A DNA stretch of 64,000 nt from Thermoplasmatales archaeon. GTDB lineage: Archaea; Thermoplasmatota; Thermoplasmata; Thermoplasmatales; GCA-001856825. Position 1 is the stretch's first letter, and each line of letters opens with the position of its first letter. The notes beneath the pieces were generated by a model, which had not been told where the DNA came from, ran no database searches, and saw nothing but the letters and a program-made list of their open reading frames with translations. This document shows positions 55,403-62,879 of this stretch, piece by piece. The stretch is from positions 81,019 through 145,018 of the forward strand of contig DAHWIJ010000033.1 of NCBI GenBank assembly GCA_027345195.1, given 5' to 3'. Position numbers and translations under genes: made by a program.

Positions 55403-55843
55403 TCACAGCCAATCCTTATCTGCCCTCTCGTAGCTCATTATCTCTTTTTCTTCAAAAAATATTGGTATCTCGTAGTTTGCAGACTCCTCAGAATCGCTTG
55501 CATGAATAAGGTTAAAGTCTATACCTGTTGAATAGTCTCCGCGGATTGTGCCGGGTTCGGCCTTTGCACCGTTGGTGGCCCCGACAAGCTTTCTCACGAT
55601 TTCAATGCAGTTATTGCCTTCAACCACTATCGCAACGATCGGGGCTGATGTGATGTACTTCAACAGCGAGTCGTAGAAAGGTTTTCCCTTGTGGATTGCG
55701 TAATGCCTCTCCGCCCTCTCACTGTCGAGCTTGATCATTCTGAGGGCAACAATCTTCAGGCCCTTGTCCTCAATCCTTGAAATTATTGCCCCTACCTTAG
55801 ATCGAACAACACCGTCTGGCTTTATAAGCACCAGAGTTCTCAA
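55403..55843 (-). CDS. ndk: nucleoside diphosphate kinase
   Basis: TLVLIKPDGV, GATNGAKAEPGTIRGDY, NLIHASDS (active-site His). Confidence 0.9.
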   Translation of the reverse strand: MRTLVLIKPDGVVRSKVGAIISRIEDKGLKIVALRMIKLDSERAERHYAIHKGKPFYDSLLKYITSAPIVAIVVEGNNCIEIVRKLVGATNGAKAEPGTIRGDYSTGIDFNLIHASDSEESANYEIPIFFEEKEIMSYERADKDWL

Positions 55844-55854
55844 GCCTGATCGCC

Positions 55855-56142
55855 TCAGCTCAGTTTGGGAGGCTCCAGCTGTTCCCCTTGCTGCTTGTTT
55901 TGTCCAGCTTCATCAGCCGAGGACTTCTGTGGCATCTCCTTGGAAAATTTGACCCTCTGAGATTTTTCCTCCCTTCCCGCGGCCGTCCAGGTTACCCTCC
56001 TCGGCTCCCTGTGAAGCTTTAGATAATTCTTCTCGCACTTGGACTTGTCGAAATAGAGGATGGAACCATCCCTCCTTACATACATCTTTCCGGTTCCATA
56101 CTCGATCTTTGAACCGCAGAATGAACAATACCTGTTTTCCAT
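55855..56142 (-). CDS. rpl24e: ribosomal protein L24e (with Lys/Glu/Gln-rich C-terminal tail)
   Basis: MENRYCSFCGSKIEYGTGKMYVRRDGSILYFDKSKCEKNY zinc-ribbon core. The ATG at 56142 is preceded by GAGGTGA (SD-like). The listed start 56151 is a GTG overlapping the S28e stop. Confidence 0.85.
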   Translation of the reverse strand: MENRYCSFCGSKIEYGTGKMYVRRDGSILYFDKSKCEKNYLKLHREPRRVTWTAAGREEKSQRVKFSKEMPQKSSADEAGQNKQQGEQLEPPKLS

Positions 56143-56147
56143 GGGTG

Positions 56148-56360
56148 TCACCTCACCGATAGCTTTCTTGCTTCTCTTGCAGTTTCCTTGAGCATCAGGA
56201 TGTCACCAACCCTGACCGGGCCCATGACGTTCCTGGTAAGGACCCTCCCCTGATCGCTCCCCGCAAGCACCTTAATTTTCACCTGCGTGGCTTCGCCTGC
56301 CATCCCAGTCCTACCGATGAGCTCTACAACCTCGCAAGGAATGGCGTCGTTCTCTGCCAT
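56148..56360 (-). CDS. rps28e: ribosomal protein S28e
   Basis: [27 protein letters not shown]...[29 protein letters not shown]. Confidence 0.9.
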   Translation of the reverse strand: MAENDAIPCEVVELIGRTGMAGEATQVKIKVLAGSDQGRVLTRNVMGPVRVGDILMLKETAREARKLSVR

Positions 56361-56373
56361 ATTAAATCACTCT

Positions 56374-56745
56374 CTACTTCTTTATTTCCTTGAACTTCTC
56401 TGTCAATTCCGTAAGAAGCTGCTTTCCGTTTCCTGGATCGACTATGGCGACGGTAGCTGAGCTCTTCAACTTAACCTTTTGCCCTAGCTCCTCCTTCTTC
56501 TGTACGTAAAAGTAGGGTATCCCCTTCTCCTCGCACAGGAGCGGTATGTGCAGAACCACTTCTGGGGGCTGTATGTCCTCTGCTATTATTACTACCTTCG
56601 CCTCTCCCCTCTCCACAACCTTCGTAACTTCATTGGTGCCCTTCCTAACTTTTCCGGTTTCCGACGAAACTTCTGCCAGCTGCAGAGCCTTTGTCCTTAA
56701 GTCATCCGGTGTCTGGAATCTTACATAACTTGTTTCTGCCATCAT
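56374..56745 (-). CDS. rpl7ae: ribosomal protein L7Ae (k-turn binding)
   Basis: VRKGTNEVTKVVERGEAKVVIIAEDIQPPEVVLHIPLLCEEKGIPYFYV. Confidence 0.9.
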   Translation of the reverse strand: MMAETSYVRFQTPDDLRTKALQLAEVSSETGKVRKGTNEVTKVVERGEAKVVIIAEDIQPPEVVLHIPLLCEEKGIPYFYVQKKEELGQKVKLKSSATVAIVDPGNGKQLLTELTEKFKEIKK

Positions 56746-56868
56746 CTTACCTCCTTCACCTTTCGGTCATTGGTTCTTAGGTAGTTGATGAGAATATAAA
56801 AACTTTGAGCGATACTTCATCAAGCAACAAGACCAACCCCAATCTGCGGTCTCTTCATCCCAGACTTC

Positions 56869-57783
56869 CTACGGAGTAACCGTATAAGCCGTATCAGTGG
56901 CCAATTGAATCTCGTATGAAACCACCTGGCCGGAGTATTCGAGATAGATTGTGTAGTTTCCCGGAAGGAGGTAGAAAATATATTGTCCATTGCCGGGTAT
57001 GGTCAAGTTGACGTCGGAGACTATGAGCTGGCCTGAAGATTGAAGGTTTTTCACGTTCAGGGTGAGCGATAGAGGGGGTGTGTTGTATATGTTGACCGTG
57101 TTGCTTTTCATGAATACCAGGGAAGTGAAATTGCTGGTGAGGTTGTGGGAGAACGGGGCCCAGTTTGAGAGGGAGCCTGTCGGATACCCGGTCGTACCGT
57201 AACTGAGATCTGAGAAGTTGAACGCTATTCCGGGGAGGGTTTTGTTGAACCCGTATATTTCCTCGTATACAGTCAAGCCACTGAACGTATGATTACCCAC
57301 TCTCTCGTTGGTCTCGACGGAGAAATAGTCCCCGCCAGTATAGGCAGTGAAAATGCTGTTATCAAATCTAAATTCAACTTTGCCCTGGCTTACGTTCATG
57401 GAAAGCTTGTGATTCCCGGGAACTATGCTTACCCAGTGGGGGTCAAAGATGTATTTAATGCTGCCATTCACGATTTCGGTGTAGGAATAGGTGCTGTAGA
57501 ATTTCCCGTACAGCGAGGAGATCCCTATCTGATCATAGCTCTGGTTGCTATCCCATACCGATAGCACCACGTAGTAGATGTTTTCCCTGAGGTTCGGGCC
57601 GTTGCCAAAGTAAACGTCGGCGGAAATGGAGTTAGTAGACTTGGCCTGCCCTGAATAGACGGCCCCGAGGTAGACATGGCTTCCGTTGACCTTGTTCTGA
57701 TCGCTTTGGTTCTCATAATAGACGTACAGTCCCAGACCCGCGATAACGATAATCACCACTACCAGGACCGTATAGGACCTCAT
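56869..57783 (-). CDS. N-terminally anchored exported glycoprotein, possibly glutamic-peptidase (G1/eqolisin)-like
   Basis: TM anchor and about 12 N-x-S/T sequons. YVVLSVWDSNQSYDQIGIS and GLTVYEEIYGF loosely resemble the Gln and Glu blocks of G1 peptidases (weak, by eye). C-terminal PGNYTIYLEYSG strand motif. Confidence 0.5.
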   Translation of the reverse strand: MRSYTVLVVVIIVIAGLGLYVYYENQSDQNKVNGSHVYLGAVYSGQAKSTNSISADVYFGNGPNLRENIYYVVLSVWDSNQSYDQIGISSLYGKFYSTYSYTEIVNGSIKYIFDPHWVSIVPGNHKLSMNVSQGKVEFRFDNSIFTAYTGGDYFSVETNERVGNHTFSGLTVYEEIYGFNKTLPGIAFNFSDLSYGTTGYPTGSLSNWAPFSHNLTSNFTSLVFMKSNTVNIYNTPPLSLTLNVKNLQSSGQLIVSDVNLTIPGNGQYIFYLLPGNYTIYLEYSGQVVSYEIQLATDTAYTVTP

Positions 57784-57897
57784 TGGTGGTGGGAATCATA
57801 CGTTTTAAAAATACTTTTGCTACTGTCTCTCCGTTGGGGGAATGAGATTGCAAGAAACTCTGGGAACCTTGATTTAGAAGAAGAAGATACAGTCAGA

Positions 57898-58290
57898 GTG
57901 TCTGAATACGAGAACCTTCAGAAGGGGATAAGAGAGCTAGACCTAGGAAAGATCGACTCAGTTCAGTTCCCATACAGGGGGAGGAGGACGCACATAACGA
58001 TAGAGACTGACGAGTTCACCTCCATCTGCCCGAAGACTGGACTTCCTGATTTCGGGAAGATTACAGTCCACTACCTTCCAGACAGGAAGATAGTGGAGTT
58101 AAAGTCATTCAAGCTCTACCTCCACAGATACAGGAATGTCGGTATATTCCAGGAAAACGCTGTAAACAAGATTCTCGATGACCTAGTTAGAAGCTGTTCA
58201 CCCAAATTCATGACGGTGATAGGGGAGTTCAAGGCTAGGGGTGGACTGAAGACAAGGATTGTCGCAAGGTTCGAAAAGGTTAAGAGTTAA
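57898..58290 (+). CDS. QueF-family protein (7-cyano-7-deazaguanine reductase fold; QueF or archaeosine-synthase QueF-like)
   Basis: EFTSICPKTGLPDFGKITVHY (catalytic Cys block), VELKSFKLYLHRYRN, FQENAVNKILDDL, ARGGL. Start uncertain: there is no in-frame ATG, and the GTG at 57898 (or the TTG at 57817) lies downstream of a ttttaaaaata box at 57803-57813. Confidence 0.75.
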   Translation: MSEYENLQKGIRELDLGKIDSVQFPYRGRRTHITIETDEFTSICPKTGLPDFGKITVHYLPDRKIVELKSFKLYLHRYRNVGIFQENAVNKILDDLVRSCSPKFMTVIGEFKARGGLKTRIVARFEKVKS

Positions 58291-58492
58291 CTATCCATCA
58301 TATCACGTTCCCTATGGAATAGCTCTTGATTTGTGATAGGTGCTGGACGACGGGGAACTATAGGGATTTTTGGGCCCCTTGGTGAGTTAGGGCGTGTCGC
58401 CTGTCTATGAACCCAAGGCCAGAAAAAGTCCCACATCCCCGGATAGGTCAGAGGGGATGACAATGATTCTCCTTGTTAAATCCGGGGAACAC

Positions 58493-59731
58493 TCAGAATT
58501 TTGCCCCCCTTATGCTCACTATTGTGAATCCAAACTCGTCGAACTTCCTTCTGATCCTTGAGAGGTTCTCGTTCCCGTAGATCTTCAGCTTGACCGTCAC
58601 CTTCTGCTTCCCGACACCAATGTCGTCGCCGAACAGCTCCGTCCGGAGTTCTTCTATGTTGAGCCTCATCTCAGAGAAGAGTTCTATCGCCTTCTTCATC
58701 TCGGAAGGGATATTGGCCACAATGAAACTCATAATGAATTCCCTCCCCGTTTCCAGCAGGTTCTTCTCTATTATCTGTGACAGGAGCGGCATATCGACGT
58801 TCCCCCCTGATATCAATGCAACCACCTTCTTTCCCTTGGCCTTAACCTTCCCCGTTATGAGTGCAGCAACTGATGCGGCGCCTGCGGGCTCTGAAACAAT
58901 CTTCCCCCTCTCCAGAAGTGTGAACATGGCAGATGATATCTCCTCGTCGCTTACTGTTACTACTTCGTCTACATATTTTCTGGCTATATTCAGCGTGAAT
59001 TCTGATGGTGACTTTATCGCTATCCCGTCTGCAATCGTTGCGACTGAATCAAGTTTCACCAACTTCCCCGTTTCAAGGGAATTTTTCATCGCAGCTGCCT
59101 TCTCTGCCTCCACGCCTATAACCTTCCCCTTGTAGCCCCTCTCCTTCAGGTAAGTCGCGATCCCTCCAATCAGACCTCCGCCCCCCACGGGGACGATTAT
59201 GTAATCGAAATCCTGCATAACCTCAATTATCTCCAGACCTACCGTCCCCTGGCCGGCCACGACGTACCTGTTGTCAAACGCATGTGCGAACACCCTACCC
59301 TCTTCCTCTGATATCTTCCTTGCTCTTTCGGTGGCCTCGTCGAAGCTGTTGCCGTAGAGAAGCACCTTCGCCCCGAACTTCTGCGTCGCAATTATTTTGA
59401 CTGGCGGTGCGAACTGGGGCATGACCACGAGAGAGTTGAGGCCGAGAAGGGATGAGGCCAAGGCGACACCCTGGGAATGGTTTCCTGCGCTTGCAGCGAC
59501 CACGTCCCTCCTTTCCCTGCTTAACAGGTTGTATGCCCCCCTTATCTTGAACGATCCTCCCTTCTGAAGGTTCTCCAGTTTCAGGTATGCATCCGACCCG
59601 CTCAGTTCACTCACTGAGCTTGAACGCTCTAGAGGGGTGTTCTTCACAACCCCCTTAACGAGGTCATATGCTTCCTCGATGTCCTTCCATGTCACAGGCT
59701 CATAGTAATCCGGTGATATTCCCCTTGTCAT
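58493..59731 (-). CDS. threonine ammonia-lyase (threonine dehydratase) with C-terminal ACT-like domain
   Basis: SFKIRGAYN (PLP Lys), SAGNHSQGVA, VPVGGGGLIGG. The C-terminal ~80 aa form a regulatory domain. Confidence 0.85.
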   Translation of the reverse strand: MTRGISPDYYEPVTWKDIEEAYDLVKGVVKNTPLERSSSVSELSGSDAYLKLENLQKGGSFKIRGAYNLLSRERRDVVAASAGNHSQGVALASSLLGLNSLVVMPQFAPPVKIIATQKFGAKVLLYGNSFDEATERARKISEEEGRVFAHAFDNRYVVAGQGTVGLEIIEVMQDFDYIIVPVGGGGLIGGIATYLKERGYKGKVIGVEAEKAAAMKNSLETGKLVKLDSVATIADGIAIKSPSEFTLNIARKYVDEVVTVSDEEISSAMFTLLERGKIVSEPAGAASVAALITGKVKAKGKKVVALISGGNVDMPLLSQIIEKNLLETGREFIMSFIVANIPSEMKKAIELFSEMRLNIEELRTELFGDDIGVGKQKVTVKLKIYGNENLSRIRRKFDEFGFTIVSIRGAKF

Positions 59732-61361
59732 CTATGTTAACTTCCTCAGAGATGGGATGCTTTGGCAGACCTGGCATGGTCATCATTTCACCGAGCAAAG
59801 GCACTGCGAAACCCACACCCGTAGAGAGCATTATGTCCTCTATGGTAATTGTGAAGCCTTTCGGCCATCCAAGCTTCGTCTGGTCGTCCGTTATGGAATA
59901 TTGGGTTTTTGCCATGCACACGTCAAGGAAATCCAACTTCTCATCCCTTATTCTCTTCAGTACCCGCAAGGCCTTCTTAGAATATTCAGTTTTTGATGCT
60001 CCATAAACTTTTAAGGCTATCTTATCGATCTTGTTCTTGACCTGCTCGTCCCTCTCATATGTGAAATTAATCTTCCTCTGTTCCTGTGATACCTTCTCGA
60101 GCATTTCCACAACGCCTCTAGCGAGGTCAGTGGCACCGTCTCCCCCCTTTGTATACCCTTCGTTTATCTCCATCCTGTAGCCTTTCTTCTGAACCTCTTC
60201 CCTAAGGAAATTAATCTCCTCCTCTGTATCTTCCTTGAACCTGTTTAGTGAAACGATCAATGGAAGTCCATATCTTTCAATGTTGGAGATGTGATAGAAC
60301 AGGTTGTCAATTCCTTTCCGCATGAATTCCATTCCTCCGTTCTCCGATGGTTTCATTCCTCCGTTGTGCTTGATGGCCTTCACCGTCACCACAAGAACAA
60401 CCAGGTCCAGATTGTACCCTGCCCTCCTCATCACTATGTCTATGAACTTCTGCATCCCCAGGTCGGAACCGAACCCTGCTTCCGTGATCACGTAGTCCGC
60501 AAGTTTGAGGGCGATCTTGTCTGCAATCACGCTGTTGTGTCCGTGGGCGATGTTGCCGAAGGGTCCAATGTGAACGAAACCTGGGACTCCCTCCGTTGTC
60601 TGAACCAGGTTTGGCTTGATCGCGTTTTTGAGCAGTGCTGCCATTGCACCCTGAGCCTTCAGGTCCCCTGCTGTCAGTCTCTTTCCGTCCCTTGTGTAAC
60701 CAACGGTGATCTTCGACAGCATTTCCTTGAGGTCATTATAATTCTCTGCAAAGCCCATTATGGCCATTATCTCTGAAGCAGGAGTTATCAGGAATGAATC
60801 TTCAACCAGTGCTCCCCCCTGATCGCCCAACCCTACTACGATCTGTCTGAGCGACCGGTCGTTCATGTCAATGGTTCTCTTCCACGTGATCCTCTTGGGG
60901 TCAAATCCAAGCTCGTTGCCCTGAAAAATGTGGTTGTTTATGAGCGCAGACAGAAGATTGTGAGCTGCCGAAATCGCTGGGAAGTCACCGGTGAAATTCA
61001 GATTGATCTCGTCTGCCGGGAGCAGCTGGCATTTCCCGCCACCCGTTCCTCCCCCCTTTATTCCGAAGTTTGGTCCAAGTGACGGTTCCCTTATGGTGAC
61101 CATTGACCTCTTTCCAATCTTCTTCAATCCCTGGGCAAGACCTATGGTGGTTGTGGTTTTCCCCTCCCCGGCTGAAGTGGGGTTTATCGCTGTTACCAGG
61201 ATAAGTTTTCCGTTCTTCCTCCCCGACAACCTGGCAAGAATGTTTGGGTCTACCTTAGCCATGTATTTCCCATACAAATCTAATTCATCCTCGGCAATTC
61301 CAATATCTTTTGCAATTTCAGTAATATACCTCATTAGATCACCGTGGGTAATCAATTCCAC
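59700..61361 (-). CDS. fhs: formate--tetrahydrofolate ligase
   Basis: PTSAGEGKTTTTIGL, GIKGGGTGGG, FGNIAHG. Confidence 0.9.
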   Translation of the reverse strand: MELITHGDLMRYITEIAKDIGIAEDELDLYGKYMAKVDPNILARLSGRKNGKLILVTAINPTSAGEGKTTTTIGLAQGLKKIGKRSMVTIREPSLGPNFGIKGGGTGGGKCQLLPADEINLNFTGDFPAISAAHNLLSALINNHIFQGNELGFDPKRITWKRTIDMNDRSLRQIVVGLGDQGGALVEDSFLITPASEIMAIMGFAENYNDLKEMLSKITVGYTRDGKRLTAGDLKAQGAMAALLKNAIKPNLVQTTEGVPGFVHIGPFGNIAHGHNSVIADKIALKLADYVITEAGFGSDLGMQKFIDIVMRRAGYNLDLVVLVVTVKAIKHNGGMKPSENGGMEFMRKGIDNLFYHISNIERYGLPLIVSLNRFKEDTEEEINFLREEVQKKGYRMEINEGYTKGGDGATDLARGVVEMLEKVSQEQRKINFTYERDEQVKNKIDKIALKVYGASKTEYSKKALRVLKRIRDEKLDFLDVCMAKTQYSITDDQTKLGWPKGFTITIEDIMLSTGVGFAVPLLGEMMTMPGLPKHPISEEVNIDDKGNITGLL

Positions 61362-62863
61362 ATATTTTTGGTTATTTCCTCTGTCTTAGACCTCGTTTCC
61401 TCTACAAGTTCCTTCATCTTCCTCTCGTACTCTCCAACGAATTCCTGGTCTTTGATCATTCCTAGGTTTATCTTGACATTGTGCATGGCCCCATACACTG
61501 CCGAGGAGATGAAGAGGGACGCACAGTAAACATCGGAAATCGCGTTTTTGTTCCCCTTTTCAATGAGTACAGGCAGGTATCCGAGCAAGGATGCTGCAAT
61601 CTTGCCGGTCTCGTACGGCACCTGAGTAGCTTCCTTCAGCCTGGCCTGGATCATCCTTGACCTTTCCTCCTTCTCCTCTGGAGTTGATTTAGGCATTGAG
61701 AGCGATTTGGAGAGGTTATCGTACGCCCTTGTGTCTCGGTCCGCCTGCTGATACAGGCGCCAGACCGCCTCGCTTGCAACTTTTTGTATCGACCTCATCT
61801 CCTCTGAAACATCCTCATAACCTTTCTTTCCCGCGGTAAGGCCTGCTACCATTGAGATGAGCGCAGCTCCCATCGATCCTACCATACCGCTGGCTGACCC
61901 TCCTCCCGGAGCAGGTCTGTCGCTAGCAAGATCACCAAGATACGTCCTCATGCTGTCCTTTGAGAATATCTCCAGAAGCTTCTTTTCAAGGACCTGGTTT
62001 TCAGAGAAATCCCTGTTCATCAAGTAAAACCTGTAGATCTCCTCCAGGGCCTGTAAGGGTATCATGCCCACAAGCTCCGATCTGCTAACTGGCAGCCCAC
62101 GGGCTTGAGCTTCCCTCCTTACGAATTCAAACACCTCCGGCACTGGTGTTTCCTTATAGTTTACGAGGTTCATCGATACCTGCGTCTCCCTTGTCTCCTT
62201 CAGGTTGAAGCCTAGAGCTCTGACGTTACGGAGCCCACCAGTCCTTTCCCTCGTCCTTTTTGCTATTTCCTTCGTTGCCTTTAGATCATCTGTCCTTAGA
62301 TCGACGTTAAAAGCTATGAGAAACTCCCTTGCCCCTATTATCGTTGCTCCTGCTTTTCCAAGCTTTCTTGGACCAAAGTCTGGTGTGTATCTTTCATCGC
62401 CCACTATCGCAGCCTTCAGCTGCTCGTACTGGAACTTCTCGCTCCTTATGTCAGGCAGTTCCCTTCTTGAGGGTATTTTAGCAGCTTCAGAATAAAGGAA
62501 TACCGGTATGCCCAATTCATTGCCGACTCTCTCCCCTAGCCGCCTCGCGAGATCAACACAGTAATCTATGGACGTGCCAAGCATGGGGACAAACGGTACA
62601 ACGTCAGTTGCACCGAATCTTGGGTGTTCCCCCCTGTGCGAATCAAGATCAATCAGTTCACTTGCCCTCTTAATAGACTCGAACATCGCATTAAGCATCG
62701 ACTCCCCGTCACCAACCACTGTGATCACAGACCTGTTGTGATCAGGGTTCATTTCCACATCGATCACATCCACTGGATACTTCTTTATTGATTCTATTAC
62801 GGACTCAATCTTGCTCCTGTCTTTCCCTTCACTGTAATTGGGTACACACTCCACATAATTCAT
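61352..62863 (-). CDS. bifunctional glutamate formimidoyltransferase / formimidoyl-THF cyclodeaminase (FTCD-like fusion)
   Basis: N-terminal VECVPNYSEGKD...HPRFGATDVVPF (formiminotransferase). The C-terminal ~190 aa have APGGGSASGMVGSMGAAL (cyclodeaminase). Confidence 0.85.
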   Translation of the reverse strand: MNYVECVPNYSEGKDRSKIESVIESIKKYPVDVIDVEMNPDHNRSVITVVGDGESMLNAMFESIKRASELIDLDSHRGEHPRFGATDVVPFVPMLGTSIDYCVDLARRLGERVGNELGIPVFLYSEAAKIPSRRELPDIRSEKFQYEQLKAAIVGDERYTPDFGPRKLGKAGATIIGAREFLIAFNVDLRTDDLKATKEIAKRTRERTGGLRNVRALGFNLKETRETQVSMNLVNYKETPVPEVFEFVRREAQARGLPVSRSELVGMIPLQALEEIYRFYLMNRDFSENQVLEKKLLEIFSKDSMRTYLGDLASDRPAPGGGSASGMVGSMGAALISMVAGLTAGKKGYEDVSEEMRSIQKVASEAVWRLYQQADRDTRAYDNLSKSLSMPKSTPEEKEERSRMIQARLKEATQVPYETGKIAASLLGYLPVLIEKGNKNAISDVYCASLFISSAVYGAMHNVKINLGMIKDQEFVGEYERKMKELVEETRSKTEEITKNMWN

Positions 62864-62879
62864 AAGCTCACCACATCGG

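Noticed and set aside
57676-57897. Long 5' extension of the QueF-family ORF (listed start 57676).
   Set aside because: - It overlaps the opposite-strand glycoprotein gene by 108 nt.
- It contains no ATG.
- It reads as low-complexity sequence (HWWWESYVLKILLLL).
- It lies upstream of the TATA-like box at 57803-57813.
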